The notes under the pieces are model-generated. The model saw only the letters and a list, made by a program, of their open reading frames with translations, had not been told where the DNA came from and did not search any database. The translations under genes and the position numbers were made by a program. From an uncultured Gemmatimonadales bacterium (lineage in GTDB: Bacteria > Gemmatimonadota > Gemmatimonadetes > Gemmatimonadales > GWC2-71-9), in the NCBI GenBank assembly GCA_963828735.1, contig CAWHFW010000005.1:224001-288000 (forward strand): a stretch of DNA of 64,000 nucleotides. Direction: 5' to 3'. Shown in pieces: positions 22,153 through 31,434 of this stretch. The number at the start of each line of letters is the position of its first letter. Positions within the stretch are counted from its first letter, which is position 1.

Positions 22153-23073
22153 CTACGGCGCGGAGCCGGTGGCCACCGGGAGCGAAGTATTCTCGGCCCA
22201 TTCGGTCCACGAGCCCACGTAGATCCGGACGCGTGGGTAGCCCAACAGGTACCGCAGGGTGAAGTAGACGTGGCTCGCCTCGGTGGCGCTGTTGCAGTAG
22301 GCGATGATATCGCGCTCGGGCACGATTCCTTGCGCGGCGTACGCCTGCCGCAGCTCGGCCGCCGGCTTCCACACGTGTCCGAAGCCCTCCTGGGTCAGAT
22401 CGTCCTGCCAGTAGTGGTTGATCGCCCCGGGTATGTGCCCGTGCCGCATCTGCGAACCGGCCTGCCCCGCGTACTGGTCCGGCGGCCGCGCATCGACGAG
22501 CAGGCCGCCCGCGCTCATGGCCTGCTGTACCTCGGACAGGACGGCCGCCTCGGGGTGGAACGGGCGATCGGGAAACGAGGTCGTCTGGAGCCGCGGATAC
22601 GGCTGTACGACCGCCCGCTGCTCGAGCTGCCACTTGAAGAACCCGCCGTCCAGCACGAACACCTTGGGATGGCCGAAGCCTGCGAGCAGCCACGCCAGGA
22701 ACGTGGCGTCGATGTTGTGGGTCTCGCCGGCGCTGTAGATCACCACCGGGCGGTCGAAGGCGATGCCGAGCCGTCCGAACAGCTCGCGATAGGCACCCGC
22801 GGAGAGCAGCCGGGTGGGGATCCCGCCTTCGCTCGCCCGAATCGTCTCCGTGTTCAGATACTCGGCGCCCGGAAGGTGGCCCTTCAGGTAAGTGAACACA
22901 TCGGTCCGTACGTCGAGCACCACGGCGTTGCTCTCCGCCTGCCATCGCGCGAGCTCCTCCGTCGAAATCAGCCGCGGCAGCGTCGAGGAGGCGGGCGCCG
23001 GCGCGGCCGCGGGTCCCGCGCACGCACCGCATAGCCAGGCCCAGACGAGAGCGGTCCCGAATCGTCGTTTCAC
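22153..23073 (-). CDS. Exported two-domain sulfurtransferase (rhodanese)
   Basis: Lipoprotein-like signal (LCGAC), GHLPGA and GHIPGA, active-site YCNSATE, YVGSWTEW. Confidence 0.9.
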   Translation of the reverse strand: MKRRFGTALVWAWLCGACAGPAAAPAPASSTLPRLISTEELARWQAESNAVVLDVRTDVFTYLKGHLPGAEYLNTETIRASEGGIPTRLLSAGAYRELFGRLGIAFDRPVVIYSAGETHNIDATFLAWLLAGFGHPKVFVLDGGFFKWQLEQRAVVQPYPRLQTTSFPDRPFHPEAAVLSEVQQAMSAGGLLVDARPPDQYAGQAGSQMRHGHIPGAINHYWQDDLTQEGFGHVWKPAAELRQAYAAQGIVPERDIIAYCNSATEASHVYFTLRYLLGYPRVRIYVGSWTEWAENTSLPVATGSAP

Positions 23074-24032
23074 GGGAGCGAGTCCTCCAGCCCCATGTAC
23101 GCGTGCTCCTCCTCGACATAGACTCGCGCCGCGTTCCGCCGGCGGCGTGAATTGAGCGAGACCGGGCGGTTCTCCTCGGGCGGCGGGAGCGCGGCAAGCG
23201 CCCGCTGCATCGGGACGCCGCGCTCGACCGCTGATCGCATGTCGTCCTCGAGGCCCGTGATGTACGCACGTGTCCGAGCCACGAGGGCGGCCGCGTCCGC
23301 CGGGATCGCGCCATGCCCCGGGACCACCATCCGGGCCCCGAGGCTGTCGATGAAGTCCAGGCTGCGCCGAAGCGCGCGCGCGCTCCCATCCACCACCATC
23401 GTGACGCCGTCCTCGATCAAGAGATCGCCCGCGAAGAGTACCCGCTCCTTGGGAAGCCACACGATGAGGTCGCCGGCCGTATGCGCCGCTCCCGGGTGGT
23501 CGAGGACGATCGTCCGGCCGCCCAGCCGAAGCGTATCCCGGCCGGTCACCGGCCGGTCAGGCGTGTCGGCGAACTCGAACCCGCGCATCGCGTCGAGTCC
23601 CACCACGCGCACCCAGTCGGCGACCAGGGCATCAGGCCCGCCCTCGCTGGCGAGCGTCCGCGTGTCCGGATGGGCGATGACCTTGGCTCCCGCGCGCCGG
23701 AAGACGACGGCGCCGAACGTGTGATCGGGATGATGGTGCGTGAGCACCAGCCACCGCACCGGCTGTGTGGTAACCCGGCGGATGGTCTTGAGCAGTGCTT
23801 CGCCCTCACGTGGGCTCGCCAGCGCGTCCACCACGACGACGCCGTCCGTCGTGACGATGAAGCCCGCGTTCGATCGGCCTTCGGAGCCACGGCCCGTATC
23901 GCCCAGCACGGCGTAGACCCCGTCGGCGAGACGCCGGGGGGTATAGGCCGGGGCTCGCGACGTATCCGCGCTCACCCATGTGGCGGTCACGAGGCCGGAC
24001 AGCAGACTGAGCAGCGTGGGGAGAGGAGTCAC
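23070..24032 (-). CDS. Exported MBL-fold metallo-hydrolase (SoxH-like)
   Basis: Signal peptide, SNAGFIV, THHHPDH, HTAGD, FAGDL, VPGHG. Confidence 0.85.
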   Translation of the reverse strand: MTPLPTLLSLLSGLVTATWVSADTSRAPAYTPRRLADGVYAVLGDTGRGSEGRSNAGFIVTTDGVVVVDALASPREGEALLKTIRRVTTQPVRWLVLTHHHPDHTFGAVVFRRAGAKVIAHPDTRTLASEGGPDALVADWVRVVGLDAMRGFEFADTPDRPVTGRDTLRLGGRTIVLDHPGAAHTAGDLIVWLPKERVLFAGDLLIEDGVTMVVDGSARALRRSLDFIDSLGARMVVPGHGAIPADAAALVARTRAYITGLEDDMRSAVERGVPMQRALAALPPPEENRPVSLNSRRRRNAARVYVEEEHAYMGLEDSLP

Positions 24033-24068
24033 GGGAAGGCGGGGCGAGAAGCCCGGCCCGGCATGCGG

Positions 24069-24401
24069 CTACGCCGCGGCGAAGGCGATGGTGACCGACT
24101 GCCGGTAGACGCCGCCCTTGTTGTCGGTCCAGACCATCGTGAGCGGCGCTTCCTTGTCTGCGGTGAGCGTGAAGCTCACGATGGGGTCCTTGCTCACGCC
24201 GGACGTCCACTCGAACCGGGCCACCTGGTCCTCGCCGTACGTCACCACGACTTCACGGATGAAGTACGCGGGAATGGCCTGCCCTTCCGCGGTGCGGAAG
24301 AACCCGGTGTCCATGGGGTGGACCACGATCGCGTTCACCGTGATGAGGTCGCCGCGCGAGATGCGGTCGGGAATCCGGATGCGGGCGTCGCCGATGGTCA
24401 T
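24069..24401 (-). CDS. soxZ: Sulfur carrier complex protein SoxZ
   Basis: HPMDTGFFR...IPAYFI...SKDP...WTDNKG; coupled to soxY. Confidence 0.9.
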   Translation of the reverse strand: MTIGDARIRIPDRISRGDLITVNAIVVHPMDTGFFRTAEGQAIPAYFIREVVVTYGEDQVARFEWTSGVSKDPIVSFTLTADKEAPLTMVWTDNKGGVYRQSVTIAFAAA

Positions 24402-24889
24402 CACCCGCACCCGTTGAGCGAGACGTTGACGTGGGCGTAGGCCGCCCAGACGTCACCGGTCGAGGTCTCGAGGATCGCGCGCACCCAGGTAGTGCGCTTC
24501 ATCTTGATCCGGGTCTGGATGGCCACCGAGCCGATCGCGGGCGTCAGGTGATACGCGGCCAGATGGGGGTCGGGGTTGTGGTCCACGATCAGATGGACGG
24601 CCTTCACGTAGTTGTCGGGCGTCATCGGGAGGCCGCTCTCGATGATGACCGGAACGATGCGACCGTCCTCCGCGACCGCCGGCATGTCCAGCGTGAGCTG
24701 GCCCTTCCGGATCGGACGGTCACCGAAGAGATCCTTGAGAATCCGGGCCACCTCTTCGTTCGGTACCTCGGGATCGCCCGGGTCGGAAACCGACGCGAGG
24801 AGACGCTCACCTCGGCCCAGAACACCCGAACCGAACAAGCCGGCGCCGGCGAGAGCGCAACTCCTGAGGAACGATCGGCGGGAGGCCAT
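24401..24889 (-). CDS. soxY: Sulfur carrier protein SoxY (Tat-exported)
   Basis: SRRSFL twin-arginine signal, PAVAEDGRIVPV, NPDP, TRIKM, C-terminal swinging arm SLNGCG. Confidence 0.9.
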   Translation of the reverse strand: MASRRSFLRSCALAGAGLFGSGVLGRGERLLASVSDPGDPEVPNEEVARILKDLFGDRPIRKGQLTLDMPAVAEDGRIVPVIIESGLPMTPDNYVKAVHLIVDHNPDPHLAAYHLTPAIGSVAIQTRIKMKRTTWVRAILETSTGDVWAAYAHVNVSLNGCG

Positions 24890-25089
24890 GCGGATAACCT
24901 CAGACCTCCCGGAAGCGAAGTCAAGCGAGGCCTTTTGGTTCCGAAACGGCGCGGGCCTTGCGGGGGCGGGTCGGGGCCGCCGAGCCGGCCCCTGCAACTT
25001 GTGTCATGCTGGGCCGGTTGCTAGTTTAAACCATTCTGTTACAAAGCGATGTGAGGCCCCCTCCTCACTCCTCTTCAGGCTGAGGCGCC

Positions 25090-26295
25090 GTGGACACCCA
25101 AGAACTTCAACAGGTCGCGTTGTTCGACAAGTGCCGCGAATTCACCAAAGCGCGGGAACTCCAGGCGCTTGGTCTATATCCGTACTTCAATCCGATTTCC
25201 GAATCGGAGGACACCGTCGTCGTCATCGACGGACAGAAGCGGATCATGCTTGGGTCGAACAACTACCTGGGACTGACCCACCACCCCAAGGTCCTCGAGT
25301 CCGCCAGCCGGGCGCTCAGCCGCTATGGCTCGGGCTGCACGGGGAGCCGGTTCCTGAACGGCACGCTCGATCTGCACGAGCAGCTCGAGCACGCCCTGGC
25401 TGAGTTCCTTGGCAAGGAGGCCTGTCTCGTTTTCTCGACCGGCTACACCGCCAACCTGGGCCTGATCTCGGGTCTCGTCGGCCGCGGCGAGGTGGTCTAC
25501 CTCGACAAGCTCGATCACGCCTCGATCGTGGACGGCGCGAAGATGTCCTACGGCGAGACCGAGCGCTTCAACCATGGCGACCTCGGCAACCTCGAGCGTC
25601 GGATGGAGCGGAACGGGTCGGGCAAGGGCTCGATGATCGTGGTGGACGGCGTGTACTCGATGGAAGGCAACATCGCCGACGTGCCGTCGCTGGTCCGCAT
25701 CGCCCGGAAGTACGGTTCCGCGCTTGCGCTGGACGACGCCCACGCGCTCGGCGTTCTCGGCCCCAATGGCGATGGCACGGCCGCCCATTTCGGGATGACA
25801 GATGAGGTGGACATCATCGCCGGCACGTTCTCCAAGTCGCTGGCCTCGATCGGCGGCTTCGTCGCCGCGAGCGAAAACGTCATTCACTACCTGAAGCACC
25901 ATAGTCGGCCTCTCATCTTCACGGCCTCTCTTCCGCCGGCCAACACCGCCGGCGTGCTCACGGCCCTTCAGGTGCTGCAGGACGAGCCGGGACGCCGTGA
26001 CTACCTGTGGGCCAATACCCGCCGGCTGCAGGACGGGTTCCGGAGCCTGGGCTTCGACATCGGGCCCACCGAGACCCCGATCGTACCGGTCCTCATCGGT
26101 CCGCTCGAGAAGACCTTCCTCATGTGGCGCCGCCTGTTCGACGCGGGCGTCTTCACGAACCCGGTGGCGCCGCCAGCCGTGCCGCCGACCCAATGCCGCC
26201 TCCGGACGAGCGTCATGGCCACGCACACGTTCGAGCAGATCGACTTCGCGCTCGAACAGTTCGCGCGCATCGGACGGGACCTGGGGGTCATCTGA
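25090..26295 (+). CDS. spt: Serine palmitoyltransferase (PLP alpha-oxoamine synthase)
   Basis: GSNNYLGL, GSRFLNGT, DHASIVDG, DDAH, GTFSKS PLP lysine, LYPYF N-terminus; followed by ceramide synthase and reductase homologues. Confidence 0.82.
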   Translation: MDTQELQQVALFDKCREFTKARELQALGLYPYFNPISESEDTVVVIDGQKRIMLGSNNYLGLTHHPKVLESASRALSRYGSGCTGSRFLNGTLDLHEQLEHALAEFLGKEACLVFSTGYTANLGLISGLVGRGEVVYLDKLDHASIVDGAKMSYGETERFNHGDLGNLERRMERNGSGKGSMIVVDGVYSMEGNIADVPSLVRIARKYGSALALDDAHALGVLGPNGDGTAAHFGMTDEVDIIAGTFSKSLASIGGFVAASENVIHYLKHHSRPLIFTASLPPANTAGVLTALQVLQDEPGRRDYLWANTRRLQDGFRSLGFDIGPTETPIVPVLIGPLEKTFLMWRRLFDAGVFTNPVAPPAVPPTQCRLRTSVMATHTFEQIDFALEQFARIGRDLGVI

Positions 26296-27428
26296 CCGAG
26301 CCGCTGCGCGTCCGCGCGGCGCGCGAGCGGACCGACGTTCACCGCTTCATCGATCTGCCGTACCGGCTCCACGCGCGGGACCCGCTCTGGGTCCCGCCGT
26401 TGCGTCGGGATGTCGCGCTGCTCCTCTCCCGCGAGAAGAATCCCTTCTTCGAGCACGCCGAGGCCGAGTACTTCCTCGCCGAGCGCGGCGGGGAGGCCGT
26501 CGGCCGCATCGCGGCGATCAGCAACCGCCTGCACAACGAGACCCACGGCGACCGGGTGGGATTCTTCGGTTTCTTCGAGTGCGTTGACGACCAGTCCGTC
26601 GCCGACGCGCTGGTTGCAATCGCGGCCGAATGGTGCCGCGGCAAGGGCCACGACGTGCTCCGCGGGCCGGCGTCCTTTTCCGTGAACGACGAGTGCGGGC
26701 TCCTCGTGGACGGCTTTGAAACGCCGCCGACCATCATGATGCCGCATAACCCTCGCTACTACGTGGCGCTGCTCGAGCGGGCGGGATTTGCGAAGGCGAA
26801 GGACCTCCTGGTCTACGAAGGTGGAGACCACGAGCGCTACAAGCCCGTGCCCGAGCGGCTGGCCCGCGGCACGGAGTTGATCCGCCAGCGCATGGGCATC
26901 ACCCTCCGCCCCCTCAACGTGAAGAACTTCGAGGCCGAGGTGGAGCTCATCAAGGAGCTCTACAACGCCGCATGGGAGAAGAACTGGGGCTTCGTCCCGA
27001 TGACCGACCATGAGATCGATCATCTGGCGGAGCAGTTCAAGCCGGTCGTGATTCCGGAGCTGGTGCCGATCGCCGAGAAGGACGGGAAGGTCATCGGGTT
27101 CGGCCTCGCGCTGCCCGATCTCAACGTGGTTTTTCAGCAGAATCGCTCGGGGCGGATGTTCCCGATGGTCCTCAAGCTTCTGTGGGCCCTCAAGACCCGG
27201 AAGATTCGCCGCGCCCGCATTCTCCTGCTCGGCATCCTGCCCGAGTATCGAGGGAGGGGCGTGGACGCGATGCTGTACCACTGGATCTGGACTAAATCCG
27301 GCGACCGCGGGATCTACTGGGGCGAGGCGGGATGGATTCTCGAGGACAATCCCGCCATGAACGCCGGGTTGGAGAAGATGACGTTCAAGGTCTACAAGAC
27401 CTACCGGCTCTACGACCGGCCGATATGA
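26292..27428 (+). CDS. GNAT-fold N-acyltransferase, bacterial ceramide synthase-like (probable CTG start)
   Basis: FIDLPY...WVPPL...NPFFEH...GRIAA...GFFGFFE...GLLVDGF...WGFVP...WILEDN family motifs; CTGA overlap with the spt stop. Confidence 0.8.
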   Translation: MTEPLRVRAARERTDVHRFIDLPYRLHARDPLWVPPLRRDVALLLSREKNPFFEHAEAEYFLAERGGEAVGRIAAISNRLHNETHGDRVGFFGFFECVDDQSVADALVAIAAEWCRGKGHDVLRGPASFSVNDECGLLVDGFETPPTIMMPHNPRYYVALLERAGFAKAKDLLVYEGGDHERYKPVPERLARGTELIRQRMGITLRPLNVKNFEAEVELIKELYNAAWEKNWGFVPMTDHEIDHLAEQFKPVVIPELVPIAEKDGKVIGFGLALPDLNVVFQQNRSGRMFPMVLKLLWALKTRKIRRARILLLGILPEYRGRGVDAMLYHWIWTKSGDRGIYWGEAGWILEDNPAMNAGLEKMTFKVYKTYRLYDRPI

Positions 27429-28393
27429 AGGCGCTGGTCACCGGCGCCACGGGGTTCGTCGGCAGTCACCTCGTCGAAGCGCTCCGCCGCCGGGGGGCTG
27501 AGGTCTCCGCGCTGGCCCGTTCCGCGAGCAAGGCCGCGGCCCTGACGCCGCTCGGCGTCCGCGTGGTGGCGGGAGATCTGCACGACCGGGGGGCGCTCGA
27601 GCGCGCGATGGACGGGCAGGACGTCGTCTACCACGTTGCCGGCGTCGTCGCGGCCCGGAGCGAGGCGGACTTCATGGCGGCCAATCGTGATGGAACCCGC
27701 AACATCGTCGACACGTTGGAGCGCGCGGGATCCGGACGGCTGGTGTTCGTCTCCTCGATGGCCGCGGCGGGTCCGACGATCAAGGGACGGCCGCTCCGGG
27801 GCGATGAGGCCCCCCGACCGGTCACCGCCTACGGCCGCAGCAAGCTCGCCGCCGAGCAGGCCGTTACCGCGGGCCGCTCGCCGTGGACCATCATTCGGCC
27901 GCCCCTGGTCTACGGCCCCAGGGACCAGGAAGTGCTCAAGGTGTTCCGGCTGGCCCGGCTCGGCGTCGCGCCGGTGCTGGGCGACGGCTCCCAGGAGCTG
28001 TCGGCGGTGCACGGCGCCGATCTCGCCGAGGCGCTCGTCGCGGCCGGGATCTCGGACGCCACGGTCGGCCGGACCTACTACGCCTGCCATCCCGAAGTCT
28101 TCAGCGGCGCCGACATGGCTCGCGCCGTCGGCCGCGCGATGGGGAAGTCGCCGGCCGTCATCCGCGTGCCGGCGACGATCGGTCGCGGTGTACTCATGAT
28201 CACCGAGGCCGCCGCCCGGCTCACCGGTCACGCCACCATTCTCACCGCCGACAAGGCCAACGAGTTCTTCCAGCCGGCCTGGACCGGCGACCCGAGCCCG
28301 CTCACGCGCGACACCGGCTGGCAGGCGGCGCACGATCTGCGCAGCGGGCTCGAGGAGACGTATCAGTGGTACCGGGCGGCGGGATGGCTGTAG
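27425..28393 (+). CDS. NAD-dependent epimerase/dehydratase family SDR, putative ceramide reductase
   Basis: TGATGFVG, YGRSK, VYGP; ATGA overlap with the ceramide synthase. Confidence 0.78.
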   Translation: MKALVTGATGFVGSHLVEALRRRGAEVSALARSASKAAALTPLGVRVVAGDLHDRGALERAMDGQDVVYHVAGVVAARSEADFMAANRDGTRNIVDTLERAGSGRLVFVSSMAAAGPTIKGRPLRGDEAPRPVTAYGRSKLAAEQAVTAGRSPWTIIRPPLVYGPRDQEVLKVFRLARLGVAPVLGDGSQELSAVHGADLAEALVAAGISDATVGRTYYACHPEVFSGADMARAVGRAMGKSPAVIRVPATIGRGVLMITEAAARLTGHATILTADKANEFFQPAWTGDPSPLTRDTGWQAAHDLRSGLEETYQWYRAAGWL

Positions 28394-29265
28394 CGGTTCG
28401 TCCCAGCGCCTCGGTGCGCTCGCCCTCGCCTCGCCAGGCCGGCCTGCTGCCGGTCGACCTCGTCCTCCTCGGCTACCTCGGTATCGTGACCGTCGTCGCG
28501 ATCCGCCGCGCGCCGTCGCAGCCCGGGTGCTGGTGGCTGGTGGTCGCGAACGGCTTCGCGGCGCTGCTCGTCGCCCTTCTGAGCAGGCCAGGCCTCGGAC
28601 GCCTCGGCCAGGCGATCCGGGAGATCTATCCCCTGCTGCTCCTCGTCGGCCTCTACGGTCAGCTGGACGTCCTCAACCGCGGGGTCGTGCGGGCGCACGA
28701 CGCGCTGGTGCAGCACTGGGAGCTGACGCTGTTCGGCGCCCAGGTCAGCCGGGTCTGGTGGCAGGCCGCGCCGAGCGTGTTCTGGTCCACCGTGCTCCAC
28801 GGCGCGTACTTCGCCTACTACTTCATTATTACTGTCCCCGCCTGCTACTTCCTCTGGCGCGGCGACCTCGTCGCGGTCCGGCGGTTCGTGCTCACGGTGC
28901 TCACGACGTTCGTGCTCTGCTACCTGGTGTTCATCTTCTTCCCGGTGGCCGGACCCTACTACGTGTTCCCGCGACCGGCGGACTGGTTCGTGGCGAACCC
29001 GGCCGCGCGGCTGGTGTACGAGACGCTCGCGGAAGGCAGCTCCTACGGGGCGGCCTTTCCCAGCTCGCACGTCGCGGCCACGGTGGCGGCGGCGGTGACC
29101 GCGGCCATGGGGTCTCGACGCCTCGGCCTGTTGCTGCTCGTGCCGACCGTGCTGTTGACGGTGGGCGTGGTCTACTGCCAGATGCACTATGGCGTCGACG
29201 CGTTGGCCGGGCTTGCTGTCGGTGGACTCGTAGCGCTCGGAGCCTATCGGGTCCGCGTGGTCTGA
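28384..29265 (+). CDS. Membrane PAP2-superfamily phosphotransferase, AUR1/inositol-phosphorylceramide-synthase-like
   Basis: Multi-TM protein with FPVAGP, AAFPSSHVA and HYGVD motifs; overlaps the upstream gene. Confidence 0.75.
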   Translation: MAVAVRPSASVRSPSPRQAGLLPVDLVLLGYLGIVTVVAIRRAPSQPGCWWLVVANGFAALLVALLSRPGLGRLGQAIREIYPLLLLVGLYGQLDVLNRGVVRAHDALVQHWELTLFGAQVSRVWWQAAPSVFWSTVLHGAYFAYYFIITVPACYFLWRGDLVAVRRFVLTVLTTFVLCYLVFIFFPVAGPYYVFPRPADWFVANPAARLVYETLAEGSSYGAAFPSSHVAATVAAAVTAAMGSRRLGLLLLVPTVLLTVGVVYCQMHYGVDALAGLAVGGLVALGAYRVRVV

Positions 29266-29322
29266 AGCCGTCCGGGCGGCCTGCGGCCGGGACCGGAGGC
29301 CGCGACGATGATGGCGCGGATG

Positions 29323-29355
29323 AAAAAAAGGGGACTCCGTGGAGGAGTCCCCTTT
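29323..29355 (-). terminator. Intrinsic terminator (possibly bidirectional)
   Basis: AAAAAAAGGGGACTCC-GTGGA-GGAGTCCCCTTT; U7 tail on the minus strand. Confidence 0.85.
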
Positions 29356-29377
29356 GCGTGCTCCGTTCCTTCGCGAA

Positions 29378-29857
29378 CTACTGAACGGTGATCTTGCCGT
29401 GCATGCCCAGCGCGAGGTGCGGAAGGCAGTAGAACTTGTAGTCACCCGTCGGAGCGCCGCTGAAGCTGACCTTGTATGTCCCATCCTGCTCGGTGAGCAG
29501 CGGGCCCTCGAGGGGCGCCATTTGATCGGGCATACCCGCCTTGAGCTTGTCTGCCGCACCGGCCGGAACACTGTCGGCCCAGAACGACACGTTGTGCGGG
29601 CCGCCGCTCTTGTTGTGAAACGTCACGACATCGCCGGACTTGATGGTCAGGTCGGACGGATCAAACTTGTAGGTGCTGCCCTCGAGCACCATGTTCACGT
29701 CGTGGTTGCCGCCGCCAGCGGCGTCAGGGGCAGCAGGCGCCGCTGCCGCCGGCTGTTCCGGGGCCGCAGTCGTCGTGGTTTGCTCGTCAGCCTTTTTCTC
29801 GCCACCGCAGGCTGCCAGAACGAGGGCCAGCCCCGCCACCATGGATGTCACACGCAT
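29378..29857 (-). CDS. Plastocyanin/azurin-family blue copper lipoprotein
   Basis: Lipobox LAAC, Ala/Pro-rich linker, type-1 Cu ligands PHNV and YCLPHLALGM. Confidence 0.92.
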   Translation of the reverse strand: MRVTSMVAGLALVLAACGGEKKADEQTTTTAAPEQPAAAAPAAPDAAGGGNHDVNMVLEGSTYKFDPSDLTIKSGDVVTFHNKSGGPHNVSFWADSVPAGAADKLKAGMPDQMAPLEGPLLTEQDGTYKVSFSGAPTGDYKFYCLPHLALGMHGKITVQ

Positions 29858-29895
29858 CGCCGCTCTCGCCTCCGAAAACAGGAAAGTTGCCGACC

Positions 29896-29913
29896 TTGTG
29901 AACCCTTTCACAA
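29896..29913. promoter_or_regulatory. Rex-type operator (also matches CRP TGTGA-N6-TCACA)
   Basis: TTGTGAA-CCCT-TTCACAA perfect inverted repeat just downstream of a minus-strand TATACT (29921-29926). Confidence 0.75.
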
Positions 29914-29989
29914 GACCCCAAGTATACTCTGCTCCCCTCTGAAAGGAAGAGGGAGCCGCAGCGGCATCGCCGCGTTAGGTTAGGCTATC

Positions 29990-30808
29990 ATGACGATCTC
30001 CGCGCCGTCTCGCCCGCTTCGCCCTCCGACGGCTCAGAATGCGCCGCCCTGCCGCAGCCTCGGGGCCCAATGTCGCAGCCTCCGTGTCACGCTGCGCATC
30101 GGTGAGCTCGAGGAGGGCCCGGAGTCCCTGGACCACGAGGCGACCTGGCTCCTGGGCCACACCCAGAATATCGACTTTCTCGAGCTGTGGGAGGGTGAGG
30201 GCGACTTGTACGTCGATGCGGTGCTGCACGTGCCGTGTCGCTATCTGCACCAGGAAGGCGACGTCGCGCACTGCCGCGCGCATGGCTTCTCGGGCCCCGT
30301 GCCCCGCAGCCCTCGGCGTGAGCTACAGGCGCTCCAGCTCGGCGGGGACCGCTTCGTGGTAGTGGAGGGGTGCCAAAACACCGTCCGAAGCCTGCCGTTG
30401 CCGCCCCGCTCGCTTCCCGTCCTCGCGAGCGCGGCGGCGGCGGAGAACCCGTGCGCCACGGCGGCGTGCCGCACCGCCGACAACACGCGCAAGGCGGCGT
30501 GTTGCCGTGACCTGCAAGTGGAGATCATGTGCACCCGAGGGCAGCAGCGCCTCGAGGCTCTGGTGCGATCACGGCGTTCGCCGTACCTATGCAAGATCGA
30601 GCGGGGTGGTGATTACAGCCTCGAAGTCGAAATGATCTCCGCCTGCGGTTATCTCGAGGCCGACGGCGTCTCCTGCAGCCTGCATGGCCGCCATCGGCCC
30701 GACGGCCGCACGGCCAAGCCCGATCTGTGCTTCGAATGGCCCCCCAAGAACCGGGGACTCCATCCCGGCTGTATCTTCGGGCCGCGGCGTCGTGCCGCGC
30801 GCCGTTGA
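29990..30808 (+). CDS. Cys-rich putative Zn/Fe-S cluster protein (YkgJ/CxxCxxCC-like, two modules)
   Basis: CATAAC...AACCRDL, ACGYL, CSLH, KPDLCFEWP; a related N-terminal module has PCRYL and CRAH. Confidence 0.65.
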   Translation: MTISAPSRPLRPPTAQNAPPCRSLGAQCRSLRVTLRIGELEEGPESLDHEATWLLGHTQNIDFLELWEGEGDLYVDAVLHVPCRYLHQEGDVAHCRAHGFSGPVPRSPRRELQALQLGGDRFVVVEGCQNTVRSLPLPPRSLPVLASAAAAENPCATAACRTADNTRKAACCRDLQVEIMCTRGQQRLEALVRSRRSPYLCKIERGGDYSLEVEMISACGYLEADGVSCSLHGRHRPDGRTAKPDLCFEWPPKNRGLHPGCIFGPRRRAARR

Positions 30809-30915
30809 CGGGCGCAAGTGTGCAAGAATCTGGAGGTTGGCCGTCCCTTCTGGCGTTCCGGCCTCCCCGGTAGTTGAGCGGAGACCGCGCCTCGTTGGAC
30901 ATCTCTGGAGGGTCG

Positions 30916-31434
30916 GTGACTGACGACCTCGAACAGCTGTACCAGAGCACCTACACGGCCGTCGTTCGCTTCCTGTACCGCAAGGTATGGGACGCTGAGC
31001 GGGCGGAGGACCTGGCCCAGGAAGTCTTCGTTCGGGCCCTGTCGCACCGACCGGAGAAGCCACGCGCCTGGGTCTTCGCCGTGGCCGCGAACCTGGCACG
31101 TGACGAGGCGCGTGCGGCGATGCGGCGGAAGCGCCACTTGACGCTTCTCAAGGGCGACCCGATCGCGCAGCCCACGATCACGCCAGCTGCCGACGACACC
31201 GTGGAGCACGACGAGCAGATGGCCTCGGTCCAGGATGCCCTCAACACGCTCACCCCGAGGGACCGCGAGATCCTGCTGCTCTGGGATGCTGGCTTGAGCT
31301 ATCCCGAGATCGCGGCGCAGACAGGGTTGGCGGTCGGCGCCGTGGGAACGACGCTGGCGCGTGCGCGCCGTCGGCTGGTCGACGCGCATGATCGTCAGCA
31401 AACCCGAACGGGGACCGATGCGGCACATTCCTGA
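30916..31434 (+). CDS. ECF RNA polymerase sigma factor
   Basis: AEDLAQEVF, WVFAVAANLARD, GLSYPEIA...LARARRRL; RBS GGAGGG before GTG. Confidence 0.93.
   Translation: MTDDLEQLYQSTYTAVVRFLYRKVWDAERAEDLAQEVFVRALSHRPEKPRAWVFAVAANLARDEARAAMRRKRHLTLLKGDPIAQPTITPAADDTVEHDEQMASVQDALNTLTPRDREILLLWDAGLSYPEIAAQTGLAVGAVGTTLARARRRLVDAHDRQQTRTGTDAAHS

Noticed and set aside
25090..26295. bioF or ALA synthase assignment for the oxoamine synthase
   Set aside because: Coupling to ceramide synthase and reductase homologues favours Spt, and hemL indicates the C5 route to ALA.
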